A stretch of 64,000 nucleotides of DNA, from NCBI GenBank assembly GCA_009773475.1, contig WSXV01000003.1, positions 91,179 through 155,178 on the forward strand, in the 5' to 3' direction. Of the stretch, positions 1-10,876 are shown in pieces. The translations under genes and the position numbers were made by a program. Every line of letters begins with the position of its first letter. Positions within the stretch are counted from its first letter, which is position 1. Below the pieces are notes generated by a model. It did not search any database, was not told the origin of the DNA, and saw nothing but the letters and a program-made list of their open reading frames with translations. The stretch comes from Desulfobulbaceae bacterium. GTDB taxonomy: Bacteria > Desulfobacterota > Desulfobulbia > Desulfobulbales > Desulfocapsaceae.

Positions 1-1
1 G

Positions 2-499
2 CAACCGTCTGAGCTGCGACTGAACCGGAATCAGCGGCGGGTGAAGCAAAAAAATCAGGATCTGGAGATTGAGCTGGGGCCGGTGCTCATGAGTCCGGAA
101 AATCTGGCCTTGTGCCAGAAGTTTTTGTCCGCGCGCTACCCGCACAAGAATAATCAAGCCGAGAGCTATTATTCCGGTTTTTTCCTGACCTCCATTGTCT
201 CCTGCATGGAAATCCGCTATCGGCTGGCGGGAAAGCTGGTCGGCTGTGCCATTGTGGATATGGGCGAGAACTGGATGAACGCCGTCTATTTTTATTTTGA
301 TCCCGACCTTGGCAGGCGGAGTCTGGGCACTCTGAACATCTTGACCCTGGCCGAAATATGCCAGGTACAAGGGATGAACTATCTCTATCTTGGGTATTAT
401 ATCAAGTCTGTGGCGGCCATGAATTATAAAAGCCGATTTACTCCGTACTATCTGTATCTTGACGGCAGGTGGCAGCAGGTGGCAAAGGAGAACCGATAA
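2..499 (+). CDS. bpt: arginyl/leucyl-tRNA--protein transferase (Bpt/ATE family), 5' end cut by window edge
   Basis: The frame is open from nt 2 (QPSELRLNRNQRR...). It has a C-terminal ATE-type block: NAVYFYFDPD, SLGT, YLYLGYYI, MNYKSRF. Confidence 0.75.
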   Translation, partial: QPSELRLNRNQRRVKQKNQDLEIELGPVLMSPENLALCQKFLSARYPHKNNQAESYYSGFFLTSIVSCMEIRYRLAGKLVGCAIVDMGENWMNAVYFYFDPDLGRRSLGTLNILTLAEICQVQGMNYLYLGYYIKSVAAMNYKSRFTPYYLYLDGRWQQVAKENR

Positions 500-515
500 C
501 CGGGAGGGTCAGATC

Positions 516-1529
516 ATGCATGAGGCGCAATTGTACGGTCAGGGCAAGGAAGGTGAGCTCATCTGTGAACTCTGTGCCCATCACTGCCGGATCAAGGATG
601 GCCATCGGGGAATCTGCGGGGTGCGTGAGAATAGAAAGGGGATTCTGTACAGCCTGGTGTATGGCCGGCTGGTGGCGGAACATGTGGATCCCATTGAGAA
701 GAAGCCGCTGTTTCATTTTCTCCCAGGCAGCCGGTCGTATTCCATCTCCACGGTGGGCTGTAATTTTCGCTGCCGCCATTGTCAGAACTCTTCCATCTCC
801 CAGGCAGATAACTTTCCCGCCGAGGCTCCCCCCGGCATCCTGCGCACCCCTGAACATGTGGTGGCGAGTGCTGAGAGCAGCGGTTGCCGATCGATCAGTT
901 ATACCTATGTGGAACCCACCATCTTTTTTGAGTTTGCCTATGACTGCAGTGTGCTGGCCCGCAGCCGGGGGGTGAAAAATGTCTTTGTTTCGAACGGATT
1001 CATGTCGGAGAAGACCACCCGGAAGCTGGCACCGGTTCTCGATGCCATCAACATTGATATCAAGGCCTTCAACGAGGATTTTTACCACTCAATATGCGGC
1101 GCCAGGTTGCAGCCGGTCCTTGATACGGTGCGGCTCATGCATGAGTTGGGGGTATGGGTGGAGGTGACCACCCTGATTATTCCCGGTCTTAACGACAGCG
1201 ATGCGGAATTGCAGGCGATTGCTGATTTCATTGTTGCCATTGATCCATCCATGCCCTGGCATGTGACCGCCTTCTATCCCACCTATAAGTTGACCGACAG
1301 ACCGCCCACGCCAGCCAAGACCCTGGAAAAGGCGCGTAAGATAGGCCTTTCCGCCGGGCTCAGGCATGTCTACGAGGGGAATATCCCGGGTGCAGGGGGA
1401 GAGAACACGATGTGTCCCTCTTGTCAGGCCTTGCTTGTGCAGCGTTTCGGGTTCAGGATTCAGGAAAACAGGTTGGTGCATGGCCGCTGTTCGCAATGCG
1501 GGGAAGGGCTTGCCGGGAGGTGGGAATAA
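516..1529 (+). CDS. amrS: AmmeMemoRadiSam system radical SAM enzyme
   Basis: ATG at 516 follows GGGAGGG. Motifs: CELCAHHCRIKDGHRGICGVREN, DPIEKKPLFHF, GCNFRCRHCQN (CxxxCxxC), and a C-terminal Cys pair. Confidence 0.85.
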   Translation: MHEAQLYGQGKEGELICELCAHHCRIKDGHRGICGVRENRKGILYSLVYGRLVAEHVDPIEKKPLFHFLPGSRSYSISTVGCNFRCRHCQNSSISQADNFPAEAPPGILRTPEHVVASAESSGCRSISYTYVEPTIFFEFAYDCSVLARSRGVKNVFVSNGFMSEKTTRKLAPVLDAINIDIKAFNEDFYHSICGARLQPVLDTVRLMHELGVWVEVTTLIIPGLNDSDAELQAIADFIVAIDPSMPWHVTAFYPTYKLTDRPPTPAKTLEKARKIGLSAGLRHVYEGNIPGAGGENTMCPSCQALLVQRFGFRIQENRLVHGRCSQCGEGLAGRWE

Positions 1530-1576
1530 AGGGGGAATGAGTCCATTGCTGGATGATAATGCAGGGTCTCGCCTGA

Positions 1577-2458
1577 TTATTTGAGTTTTCCGGAAAAAAG
1601 CATATGAAATTTCCCCGGGATCTTGATCTCGAAATCCATCCGTTTGTCCGGGGTTACCGGGTGATTAAAGGACAATTTATAGGCGTGCAGGGCCAACCTC
1701 TTCAAAGGGTTGGTCTTGGCGCCATATTTTTTGTCGCCAGCAATGGGGTGGCCAAGGTCAGCCATGTGGACACGGATCTGATTCTTTCGTCCGGTGAGCA
1801 GGGTAATGTCGAGGAGGGCAAAGTCGTCGCCTTCTTTTTTGACCGTGTAGCTGGTGATGGCCTCCTTGCCTTCGGTCCCATTCCCTCTGACGCTATAGAC
1901 CCGCAGGGCCTTTGATTCAACGAGCCTGCTGATGATTTTGTCCTCTTTCTGGCGGGGAACCCCTTCAACGATGGCGGCGTATTGTTTGTGGGCTTGCTCC
2001 CATTGATCCTGAAGGGTCTTTTTTACTGCCTCATTTTTGGCAAAGACGAGGAGTCCGGATGTCCCCTGATCCAGGCGATGGACGATGAAAATTCGCGCCT
2101 GTTGGGAATTCTCCCGTTCCTTGAGGTAGTCGCTGAGCATGTAAAACGCGGTTTTTCGTTTTTCCTTTGCCGTTGCAATGGTGAGCAGCCCCGCCGGTTT
2201 GTCAATGACAATGATGGCCTCGTCTTCGTAGACGATGGTCAGTCCCAGGCAGGTTCCAGCCTGCTCACGCAACTCCTGTTCTGTTCGGATGCACACCACC
2301 TCTCCTGCCGTTAGAAGCTGGTCAGGGCGTGTCGCTACCCTCTCGCCGATGGCAACGGCGCCATGCTTGATCAGCTGTTTGGCCTTGGTTTTTGAATAGC
2401 CGGAGTCGGTCAGCAGGCCGAGGAGCTCTGATGCATTGGGGGCTGGGATTTTTCTCAT
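1577..2458 (-). CDS. RluA-family 23S rRNA pseudouridine synthase with N-terminal S4 domain
   Basis: HRLDQGTSGLLVFAKN catalytic motif and an S4-like N-terminus. There is a 4-nt start/stop overlap with the upstream ORF. Confidence 0.85.
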   Translation of the reverse strand: MRKIPAPNASELLGLLTDSGYSKTKAKQLIKHGAVAIGERVATRPDQLLTAGEVVCIRTEQELREQAGTCLGLTIVYEDEAIIVIDKPAGLLTIATAKEKRKTAFYMLSDYLKERENSQQARIFIVHRLDQGTSGLLVFAKNEAVKKTLQDQWEQAHKQYAAIVEGVPRQKEDKIISRLVESKALRVYSVRGNGTEGKEAITSYTVKKEGDDFALLDITLLTGRKNQIRVHMADLGHPIAGDKKYGAKTNPLKRLALHAYKLSFNHPVTPDKRMDFEIKIPGKFHMLFSGKLK

Positions 2459-2958
2459 GGAGATTGCTGCCCCGCAGGTTTTGACTTCCCGCGCTGGGCC
2501 CTCAAGTGGAGTGCAAGGCCTTTTAGGAAGTTTCTGAGAAACTGATCACCGCATTCCTTGTAGTTCTTATGCCCTTCTTTTCTGAACAGGGCGCTCAATC
2601 TGGCCCTGGTGATGCCGGTGTCGGTTTTTTCGAGGATCGCAAGGAGCGTGTCTTCCTGCAGCTCCAAGGCAATGCGGAGTTTTTTGAGGATAACATTGTT
2701 GGTAAGATGTGAGGTTGCTGTCACCTGCTCAGTGTCATTCTCTTTTTTTCCTCTTTTCTGGAGAATAAGACCATCGAGAAAAGCCCCCATGACCAGATCA
2801 GTGCATGTCAGAAAGCCTTCCTCTTCTTCCTTTTTCAACAAGGCCGTGACGGAGGATGGTTCGAGGGTGAGCCCACCGAGTTTACAGAAGGCGACGATGG
2901 ATGAATCGTGCAGGTCGAGGGCATAGCGGATACTGCGAAGGATATCGTTGTTGATCAT
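2455..2958 (-). CDS. DUF1456 (YehS-like) family protein
   Basis: Duplicated NDILRSIRYAL / NNVILKKLRIAL modules typical of DUF1456. Recognised by eye only. Confidence 0.55.
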   Translation of the reverse strand: MINNDILRSIRYALDLHDSSIVAFCKLGGLTLEPSSVTALLKKEEEEGFLTCTDLVMGAFLDGLILQKRGKKENDTEQVTATSHLTNNVILKKLRIALELQEDTLLAILEKTDTGITRARLSALFRKEGHKNYKECGDQFLRNFLKGLALHLRAQRGKSKPAGQQSP

Positions 2959-2985
2959 ATGGAATTCCTGAGAGATACTGAGCGG

Positions 2986-3300
2986 TTACTTGTTGGTATC
3001 AGCGGGTTTCGGCTCATCGGCCTTTGCCGGGTCCCGTTCACTGTCTTTGAGGATGGTGGCGCTCATGTCGGTTGCGGCTTGTCTGGCGGTGGCCTTAAGC
3101 TCTTCCGCCTTCTCCGCTAAGGTCTGGGAGGCCGCTGCAGTCTTGTCGATGACCTCATGGGCCTTGTCGGCAGCAGTCTGGATGGCCTGAGTGGTGGCAT
3201 CTTTTACCGGTGGCTTCTTTGGCTCTTCACTGCGACATCCGGCCAGAAGTAAGCTTGTCAAGGTCAGAGGGATAATCGTGCATGCAAGGATCTTTTTCAT
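2986..3300 (-). CDS. small lipoprotein, unknown function
   Basis: Internal ATG at 3300 with an AGGAAA RBS. Signal peptide with lipobox: MKKILACTIIPLTLTSLLLAGC. The mature part is Ala/Lys/Glu-rich. Confidence 0.55.
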   Translation of the reverse strand: MKKILACTIIPLTLTSLLLAGCRSEEPKKPPVKDATTQAIQTAADKAHEVIDKTAAASQTLAEKAEELKATARQAATDMSATILKDSERDPAKADEPKPADTNK

Positions 3301-3407
3301 CGACTGTTTCCTGGGGTGAAATATTAACAATGGATCTGCGAAGAACGGCACCCGTATGGGCAACCCTCTTGTGTGCGCAGGGTACAATATATCTTTCGGA
3401 ATGGATA

Positions 3408-4787
3408 CTATCTTTTTTCCTCTGGGAGAAAGGTCACCGGTAAGGCCTGATTGGCGGCTTCCAGGGCGTGGCGGCTTTGTTGTCCGCCTTTGGTGTCAGG
3501 TGTGTTGCCGCCGAGAATAGCCTCGACGATGGTGCCCTGATGAAGATCTGCGGCGGCGATGGACGGGAACAGGCGCTGTTGTTTGTCGTCGCTGTGGATG
3601 ATACCGGCGGCAAGGAGTTGTTCCGTTGCTGCTGTGAGCAGGGGGGGCGGGTATTCCGGGCAGAGCTCAGGAAGCATCCTGCGGGTCACTGGTTGATGGC
3701 GGTCAAAAAAGAGAAAAATTTGATGGACGATATCAAAGGCGGCGCTCAACTGTTTGGCGGCGGTGGTTGGCAGAGGGAACAGTTGATGGCTGTGGCGGGT
3801 TTGGCAGGCAAAGGCCACCTGGGCTCCGGTGAGAATAAAAATCCAGCCGAGATAGAGCCAGACCAGGAACAGGGGCAGAGTGGCAAATGAGCCATAAATG
3901 GCATTGTAGTTGGAAACTCCGATCTGCAGGCTGATATAGATATTTTGGGCACCAAACCAGAGGGAGCCGGCAAAGAGAGCGCCGATGGAGGCGGGGGCTG
4001 GCCGGACTCTGGTGTTGGGGAAGACCATGTAGGTGATTGCCAGGGCCACGGAGATGGAGAGGATCGGCAGCAAGAGCAGAAAAACGGGCAGGAAGATGGT
4101 CTCCAGTCCCGGCAGGAAGGGTTTGAGGCGAAGGAGCAGTAAAGGATTCTTGATGACGGTGGTAGCGGCAAAGCCAATGTTGATGGCAATCGGCATGAGG
4201 ATCAGCAGGGCCAGATAGTCGGTGATCTTACGCAGCATCGAGCGGCCTGCCTGGACCTGCCAGATGGTGTTCATTGCCTTCTCAATGGTGTCAAAGACCA
4301 TAATGATGGTGATCAGCATGATTAGGACTCCAATGGTGCCGAGGGTAGTGAAGTCGGTCTTGTCAACATAGTTGAAAAGACTGTCGGCTGCGGAGCGCAG
4401 ATGGGCAGTCAGCGTTGCGTTGGCTTCTTCGGTGCTCCCTGGTTCGACACTGGTTTGAGGAGTGGCAGGGGCCGTGAAAGCAGTGTTGTTTTCCAGGGTA
4501 TCTATGTACTCATAGACAACCTGACGCAGATGATCGCCGCCCCCAAGACCCTTGACCAGCGAGGTGCTCATCGCCAGCAAAGGGACCAGGCTGAGGAGGA
4601 TGGTATAAGTGAGGGCGCCTGCACGCAGCGCCAGTTCATTGCGATGAAATCCCCAGGCCGTGATCAGAATGATACGGATAAAGGTACGGAATGGCTGTTT
4701 TGATCCGGGAGAGACGAATTTAGGCTGGTCCGCCCAGGTCAATATACGCCGGGTTCTGGACTGAGGTGGTTGTTTTTCAGAGTTCAT
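3408..4787 (-). CDS. YihY/BrkB family membrane protein
   Basis: RAGALTYTILLSLVPLLA motif and multiple TM segments. Its start overlaps the stop of the upstream histidine kinase by 1 nt. Confidence 0.75.
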   Translation of the reverse strand: MNSEKQPPQSRTRRILTWADQPKFVSPGSKQPFRTFIRIILITAWGFHRNELALRAGALTYTILLSLVPLLAMSTSLVKGLGGGDHLRQVVYEYIDTLENNTAFTAPATPQTSVEPGSTEEANATLTAHLRSAADSLFNYVDKTDFTTLGTIGVLIMLITIIMVFDTIEKAMNTIWQVQAGRSMLRKITDYLALLILMPIAINIGFAATTVIKNPLLLLRLKPFLPGLETIFLPVFLLLLPILSISVALAITYMVFPNTRVRPAPASIGALFAGSLWFGAQNIYISLQIGVSNYNAIYGSFATLPLFLVWLYLGWIFILTGAQVAFACQTRHSHQLFPLPTTAAKQLSAAFDIVHQIFLFFDRHQPVTRRMLPELCPEYPPPLLTAATEQLLAAGIIHSDDKQQRLFPSIAAADLHQGTIVEAILGGNTPDTKGGQQSRHALEAANQALPVTFLPEEKR

Positions 4788-6952
4788 CAGGGAGTGTGGA
4801 GAAGTTTTTCTTCAAGAATCCGGAATACCGTCTCCCGCTTGATGGGCTTGCTGATATAGTCATTCATGCCGGCTTCCAAACATTTCTCCCGATCTCCCTT
4901 CATGGCATTGGCGGTCATGGCGACAATGGGAATGTCGGTGAAGCCAAGCTCACGGATCCGGCGGGTGGCCTGCAGACCGTCCATCTCGGGCATCTGGATG
5001 TCCATGAGGATAAGATCGTAGAGCCCCGGGTTTTTGCTGTAGGTTTCAACGGCCAAAAGGCCATTACCCACCACCTGCACGATATATCCCGCCTTGCTCA
5101 GCATCATGGTGGCCAGTTTCTGGTTGACCAGGTTGTCTTCTGCCAGCAGAATCCTGCTGGCGTGTTTGATCTCTTCCCGAATGGAATACTGGGTGACAAG
5201 CTTTGTTTCTTCCTGGGGCGCGTCGCTGTCTTGCGAGGTGTTGATGATTCTCGCCAGGGTCTTGAGCAGCATGGCGCGCCGGGTCGGCTTGGTGAGAAAG
5301 GCGTTAAAGCCAACTTCACGACAACGACCGGCTATTTTTTCGGCGCTGGAGGTGTAGGCAAGAAGCGGGATTGAGTGACTTGCGGTGGCTGTTGCGCGGA
5401 TCTGTCTGGCAAGATCAAATCCTGAAATAACGGGAAGCTGCAGGTCAAGAATGGCGGCGTCGAAGGGGTCGTTTTTCTCGTCTGCGGCGATCAGTGTGGC
5501 GATGGCCTGGGTTTCATCGGTGAGGATGGTAAGCCTGATATCGTAGGGATGGAGGATTTTGAACAGGATATCATTGTTGGTACTGTTGTCATCGACGAGG
5601 AGAATACGGGTATTTTTAAGGGTCTCGATATTGGCGATCTTTGGTTGCACCCGGGTGGATTTGTGCATGGTGGCGGTAAAATGAAAGATAGATCCTTTCC
5701 CCGGAATACTTTCTGCCCAGACCTGTCCCTCCATGAGCTGGGCGATTTTACGACAGATTGACAGGCCCAGGCCGGTACCCCCGTATTTTCTGGTGGTGGA
5801 GCCGTCGGCTTGTTTGAAGGCCTCAAAGATGGTCTCGGTCTTGGAAGGATCGATGCCGATCCCGGTATCCCGGATTTTGCTGTGCAGGATCAAGGTATCT
5901 TCTGTTTCCTGCTCAACCTCTATGGAGAGTTCGAGCTCTCCACTTTTCGTAAATTTGACGGAATTGCCGAGGAGATTGATCAGGACCTGGCGGAAGCGCC
6001 CGGGATCGCCCATGACAGTGGCCGGCAGTTTCTCGTCAATGCGGCAGAGCATCTCGATCTGCTTGTCGGCAATCTTGGGTCGAATCATATCGCAGACGTC
6101 ATGGGCGGTGATCTCTGGGTCAAAATCGATGGTCTCGAGATCCATGTGTCCGGCCTCGACCTTGGAGAAGTCGAGGATATCGTTGATCAGACCGAGCAGA
6201 GCCTCGCCGCTGCGCTTGATGGTCAGGGCACTTTCCTTCTGCTCGTTGTCAAGTTCCGAGATGAGCAGCATGTCGGTAAAGCCGATGATGCCGTTCATCG
6301 GGGTTCTGATCTCATGACTCATGGAGGCGAGAAATTCACTTTTAGCGATATTGGCGGCCTCAGCGGCGGCGGTGGCCTCCCGTAACTGTCTGGTCTGGAT
6401 CTCGATCTCGGATTGCAGGGTTTTTGAGTAGCTGGCCTGTTGCTCCTGGATGGTCTGATAACTCTTTTCGTTTTCCTCCAGGATGGTCTGGTATTTGTTT
6501 TCCAGGACGGAAAATTTGCGGTCGAACTGTTTTTTCTGAATAGTAAGACGCTGCAGGGTTTTTCGATGTTCCTGTTGGCTTTGAAACAGTGAATGACAGA
6601 GCTTGACGATTGTGGTGATGGCGGAGGACGTCTGTCCGCTGTTGTGGCCAGGATCATCGGTGCTGAAGAGAAGGATGGCTTTCAGATCCGGCAGGGGGAG
6701 AAGGTGAAATGCACCATCGCTGGTGGTGGTGATCGACTGCGCCTCCAATCCCTTTTTTATCTGGCAGGAGATTTCTTCCATGACGGGCTGAGAGGGGCGA
6801 AGAGCCGGGGGGCCTGCGCTGTACTCTTTTCCCTCTTCATCGATGCAGAGATAAAAATATTCTCCGGCTGTGCCAGACAGGAGATCCAGAAATTCTTTAA
6901 TTTCGGTGGAGAATGTGACGGGCTGGTCGAAGATCGCAAAGTTGTTTTTCAT
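4787..6952 (-). CDS. hybrid sensor histidine kinase/response regulator (two receiver domains)
   Basis: HisKA H-box [13 protein letters not shown], HATPase N/G boxes (GTGLGLSI), and two REC domains (LLVDDNSTN..., [10 protein letters not shown]...[14 protein letters not shown]). The N-terminal sensor region is soluble and of no recognised type. Confidence 0.9.
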   Translation of the reverse strand: MKNNFAIFDQPVTFSTEIKEFLDLLSGTAGEYFYLCIDEEGKEYSAGPPALRPSQPVMEEISCQIKKGLEAQSITTTSDGAFHLLPLPDLKAILLFSTDDPGHNSGQTSSAITTIVKLCHSLFQSQQEHRKTLQRLTIQKKQFDRKFSVLENKYQTILEENEKSYQTIQEQQASYSKTLQSEIEIQTRQLREATAAAEAANIAKSEFLASMSHEIRTPMNGIIGFTDMLLISELDNEQKESALTIKRSGEALLGLINDILDFSKVEAGHMDLETIDFDPEITAHDVCDMIRPKIADKQIEMLCRIDEKLPATVMGDPGRFRQVLINLLGNSVKFTKSGELELSIEVEQETEDTLILHSKIRDTGIGIDPSKTETIFEAFKQADGSTTRKYGGTGLGLSICRKIAQLMEGQVWAESIPGKGSIFHFTATMHKSTRVQPKIANIETLKNTRILLVDDNSTNNDILFKILHPYDIRLTILTDETQAIATLIAADEKNDPFDAAILDLQLPVISGFDLARQIRATATASHSIPLLAYTSSAEKIAGRCREVGFNAFLTKPTRRAMLLKTLARIINTSQDSDAPQEETKLVTQYSIREEIKHASRILLAEDNLVNQKLATMMLSKAGYIVQVVGNGLLAVETYSKNPGLYDLILMDIQMPEMDGLQATRRIRELGFTDIPIVAMTANAMKGDREKCLEAGMNDYISKPIKRETVFRILEEKLLHTP

Positions 6953-7073
6953 CGTAAGGCTCCTGGCCGGTGAGTGTTAGGCCATTGTAAAGATACAACA
7001 TAGCTCCCAGGATGTTAAAAGAGGAAAAATAAAACTGGTAGCTCCTCTTCCAACCCTTGCTTCATAATGGTTC

Positions 7074-7913
7074 CTAATTCTCGTAAATATCCTGGGCTTT
7101 GGCGATTTCTTCGGGGAGATCATCAATCAGCACCTTGTACTCATCCATGTTTTCCTGGAGATGTAGCTCCAGTGGCGAGGAAAGGGGAGAGGCGACATTC
7201 GGCAGCGAGCTGTATCCCATCTGCCCGGTGATGTATTGGGCAATCTGGAGAATACTGGTCAAGGTACCTGGAGTGGCATCGTCAGTGAGGGTGTGATGGT
7301 CACGGATGGCATTCTGGATAGAGCTTGGCATGCCCCAGTCGCAAGACAGGAGATAGCCGATTTCACAATGATCGGTTCCCAGGAAATGTCGCTCATGAGC
7401 AATGAGTGAGTCTGTGGGCCCGCAGGCTTCACAGGCAGCCAGGAAATCGTCTTTGGCAATTTGTTCTTCAACGATTTTTCCAAAATCATGGAGGATACCG
7501 CATAAATAGGCATCGTCACCGTTGATCCCGAAAATTCTCTCGGCGAGAAGTTTGCTGCAGATACCGACCACAGCGCAGTGTAGCCAAAGCCGTTTCCGAG
7601 AGAAAATGCCGGTATTGTGTCGTTCCTTAAAAATATTTCGCAGGGCGTCGGTGACGGCCATGCTGCGCAGATTGCGCATGCCGAGGAAGGCCACGGCCCT
7701 GCCGATGGAGGTGATCGGTTGCGACAGACTGTAGAAGGCGCTGTTGACCAGACAGAGCAGGCGGGCCACCAGGGTGGGGTCCATCTTGATCACGTCTTCA
7801 AAGTCCTTCATGGTGGCATTGTCGTCGGCAATCATTCGCGAAAGCTCGGTGACAACGTAGGGGAGAGTTTTTACATCTTTAAATCTCTGGATAAATTGCT
7901 CGGCGGTAAGCAT
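7074..7913 (-). CDS. HDOD domain-containing signalling protein
   Basis: HDOD-type pattern (LPYVVTELSRMI..., AFLGMRNLRSMA, HDFGK, GTDHCEIGYLL). Confidence 0.8.
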   Translation of the reverse strand: MLTAEQFIQRFKDVKTLPYVVTELSRMIADDNATMKDFEDVIKMDPTLVARLLCLVNSAFYSLSQPITSIGRAVAFLGMRNLRSMAVTDALRNIFKERHNTGIFSRKRLWLHCAVVGICSKLLAERIFGINGDDAYLCGILHDFGKIVEEQIAKDDFLAACEACGPTDSLIAHERHFLGTDHCEIGYLLSCDWGMPSSIQNAIRDHHTLTDDATPGTLTSILQIAQYITGQMGYSSLPNVASPLSSPLELHLQENMDEYKVLIDDLPEEIAKAQDIYEN

Positions 7914-7963
7914 TCTGGAATTCTCGTTGGTCTGTTCGGTCAGTGTATCTTGATAATGTTGAT

Positions 7964-8326
7964 TTAAAAGCCGATCTCACGTTTGGTAATGGCTTCGCTC
8001 TTAACCCGATCAAGCAGTTCCGAGAGTACGGGCTTGATGTTTTCACGAAGATCTCCGGCCACGATGAGAAAGAGAAGGTCATCGCCAGGCTGGAATTCAC
8101 CACAATGGGCCTCGATGGCAATATCAAAGATGCCCTCCCGCTGGAGAAGTTCCTGGCGAATGGCCTCGATTTTATTCAGATCAGGAGTGACCTCCAGGGC
8201 CTTGACCTTGCTTTTATCCTTGCGGGACCAGTTGCGGACGACGCCGTTATGGATGAGGATCATCCCCACATTGTCCTGAAAGCCTGGTTGTTTTTTCATT
8301 TCTGCGATTCTTTGTGAGATATCCAT
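7964..8326 (-). CDS. MoaE-like (molybdopterin synthase catalytic subunit-like) small protein
   Basis: 120 aa with LFLIVAGDLRENIKPVLSELLDRVKSEAITKRE, which resembles the C-terminal MoaE signature. This is recall-based and needs an HMM check. Confidence 0.45.
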   Translation of the reverse strand: MDISQRIAEMKKQPGFQDNVGMILIHNGVVRNWSRKDKSKVKALEVTPDLNKIEAIRQELLQREGIFDIAIEAHCGEFQPGDDLLFLIVAGDLRENIKPVLSELLDRVKSEAITKREIGF

Positions 8327-8463
8327 GAACGACTCCTGAAGTTGGGGAGAAAAAAAGGCCAGCGGCTTATGGACACTGGCCAGTATTTTTTTTGTTTGAA
8401 TTTCTGGTGTTGTTTTTGTTACCCTGCGGGTAGTATTTTTTTCGTACTGTCGATGGCAACCTT

Positions 8464-9684
8464 TTATGAAGACCTCTTTTTTGATTCTGTCGTAACAACT
8501 TGTACAGGTGAGTTTTGACCGGTAGCCGGAAGTTTAAGCTGATAGCCTCGGGGGAGTGGTTTTTTCCCATCCAGGACAGATTGCTCAATGGTTGGATTAA
8601 GCGTCTGGATAGTTTTTCCGTCGACCTTAAAATGACGTTTGATGGAATCTATCGAGACCTGACTGGAAAGTCGGATAGTGGTTACCGATGGGCGAGTCTG
8701 AACGGGCGTGAAAAGAGATTGTTCAAGCCTTTTTGCGGAGTTCAGGGCTGCAAGGAATTCGGAATAGAAATTTCGGGAGGCAAATTTGAAATACCCTTGA
8801 TCATACTCTTGAAAGATCTTTTCGTAGGAGCCTTTATCTCTTTTGGCTCTTGCCATTCCCGCTGTTCCATAGTTATAGGCTGTCAGGGCAAGGGGCCAAC
8901 TACCAAGAACGGAGTGGTTTCTTTTGAGGAATTTCGCAGCAGCGTGACTGGCAAGGATTGGATCATGCCGTTCATCAATGGTTCCATCGATGCGTAGATA
9001 CTCTTTACCGGTTGACTTGGTGAACTGCCAGAGGCCGGAGGCCCCAACTTTGCTGCGGGCGTCTGGATTAAAGGAGGACTCAACATGGGGCAGGTAGGCA
9101 AGTTCCTCCGGCAGGTTGTAGGAACGAAAAATTTTCTTAATCTCAGGAAGATGGGTGCGTGAACGCATGACTCCTTCTCTGAAGCGCTCTTTCTGGCCAA
9201 TCTGGACGCGGATTGATTCGCTGGCCTTGACTAGCTGAGATTGTCTGAGTCCTTTCATTATGGTGGCAACCCGGCGTTCTTCTTGGGTGATAGGAGGAAT
9301 CCCCTGGGCAAGACTGGTCAGGATGGCTGCGTATTTCTTTTGTTCCGCGTCAAGTAAGGGTTTATTTGCTTGCCCGGCTCCTGGTTTCAGGTAATCCATA
9401 ATGGGAATGACGGCATAAATTCTGGACAGATCATACTGATCATGGATGACGGCCTCACTTGTGGAATAGTGGGTGTAGACCTTCTCCCAGAAGGCAACGT
9501 TTGTCTGTATGGATGGAAAGTGAGGAAATTCGGTGCTTTGTGAAGCTGGACCGGTCATGCCCGCATTGGCCACGTTTCCCAGAAGAGAGAAAAGGTATGT
9601 GGCTGTAATAACCAGCAATACCATTAGGTGAAGGGTACGTGATTGTTGGTAGCCTGTAAAAGACTCTGTAAGTGAGTGTTTCAT
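8464..9684 (-). CDS. lytic transglycosylase (MltD-like) with C-terminal LysM domain
   Basis: SLT motif ESSFNPDARSKVGASGLWQF..., a C-terminal LysM-like segment, and a signal peptide after the internal start MKHSL. The start is uncertain; the longest ORF reaches 9765. Confidence 0.75.
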   Translation of the reverse strand: MKHSLTESFTGYQQSRTLHLMVLLVITATYLFSLLGNVANAGMTGPASQSTEFPHFPSIQTNVAFWEKVYTHYSTSEAVIHDQYDLSRIYAVIPIMDYLKPGAGQANKPLLDAEQKKYAAILTSLAQGIPPITQEERRVATIMKGLRQSQLVKASESIRVQIGQKERFREGVMRSRTHLPEIKKIFRSYNLPEELAYLPHVESSFNPDARSKVGASGLWQFTKSTGKEYLRIDGTIDERHDPILASHAAAKFLKRNHSVLGSWPLALTAYNYGTAGMARAKRDKGSYEKIFQEYDQGYFKFASRNFYSEFLAALNSAKRLEQSLFTPVQTRPSVTTIRLSSQVSIDSIKRHFKVDGKTIQTLNPTIEQSVLDGKKPLPRGYQLKLPATGQNSPVQVVTTESKKRSS

Positions 9685-9757
9685 GGGATGCAGAGTTAAA
9701 AGAGTAAAATATAAGATACAAAATATATTATTTCTATTTAAGCATAAGGACGACGTG

Positions 9758-10243
9758 ATGTACACTCCAATATTGGCGACTCTTGGATTTATTCTCTCTC
9801 CGGATAAGCAGAAAACGTTGCTTGTTCATAGGAATAAACGGGCTAATGATGCTCATTTGGGTAAATATAATGGTCTTGGTGGTAAAATGGAACGGCAGGA
9901 GGATGTTTTTTCCTGTCTCCGGCGCGAGGTGCAGGAAGAATCCGGTCTGATCTGTGAGGAGGCGACCTTGCGAGGAACCGTGAGTTGGCCGGGGTTTGGT
10001 TCTACAGGTGAAGACTGGTTTGGATTTATCTATCGAATAGACCAGGTGAGCGGGGTGTTGAGGGCTGCTAATGAGGAGGGGGAGCTGCAATGGTGTCGTC
10101 TGGATGCCTTGCATCTGTTGCCGATGTGGGAAGGGGATAAATATTTCTTGGATATGATCTTTGATGATGACGCCCGCATTTTTCATGGCTGCATGCCCTA
10201 TCGCGATGGTCGGCCACTGAGCTGGAGTTATTCGAGGAGCTGA
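9758..10243 (+). CDS. NUDIX hydrolase (MutT-like)
   Basis: NUDIX box GGKMERQEDVFSCLRREVQEESGL. ATG at 9758 follows AAGGA. Confidence 0.85.
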   Translation: MYTPILATLGFILSPDKQKTLLVHRNKRANDAHLGKYNGLGGKMERQEDVFSCLRREVQEESGLICEEATLRGTVSWPGFGSTGEDWFGFIYRIDQVSGVLRAANEEGELQWCRLDALHLLPMWEGDKYFLDMIFDDDARIFHGCMPYRDGRPLSWSYSRS

Positions 10244-10484
10244 GGGAAGAGGGCAGGGTGTCATAAAAAACGACAGGGTGCATGAGCTTGGGCAAGATGC
10301 GAAGTCTTTCGTATGGAGGATTAATTTTGATTACCGCTGCTTGCAGCCCTCAAGGGATAGTTTTTTGAAAAAAGAGCTTAATGCTTGCAGAGAACACTGG
10401 GCAAGGGTATATTCAAAAAAAATTATTTAGGTATAAATTTTATATTTATCGTAATAAATACAGCAAACTAGAGGAGCAGGTGAT

Positions 10485-10790
10485 ATGAAGCAGGATAGCG
10501 AGTTGGGGCGTCTGGAGAATTTTGTTGCCAAGTTGTTGGATCGGTTTAATGCCTTGCAGGCAGACAAGGCGAAAGTTGATGAGTTGTTACTGGAGCGGGA
10601 CGAATCAATTGCCATGTTGCAGGATGAGCTGGCCTCTCTCAAGGATGAAAGAGGAGAAATCAGCAGCAGAGTGTCGGGATTGCTTGGCCGGATTGAAGAG
10701 TGGGAGGCCAGCGATAAAGAAAGTGGGGATTCAGCTGGTGGCGAAAGAGGTAGCTCTGAGGGTGGAGTTGTGCAGGGAAGTCTGTTTTAG
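10485..10790 (+). CDS. zapB: ZapB-like coiled-coil cell division protein
   Basis: Small coiled-coil protein (LENFVAKLLDRFNALQADKAKVDELL...) lying immediately upstream of zapA. Confidence 0.55.
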   Translation: MKQDSELGRLENFVAKLLDRFNALQADKAKVDELLLERDESIAMLQDELASLKDERGEISSRVSGLLGRIEEWEASDKESGDSAGGERGSSEGGVVQGSLF

Positions 10791-10876
10791 GGTGAATGAG
10801 GGTTGCATGGTCTTCCTTTGAAGCTGATTTGTGAGTAGAGTCATTATTCAACCCCTGAAAGTCGTGGAGAATTGAT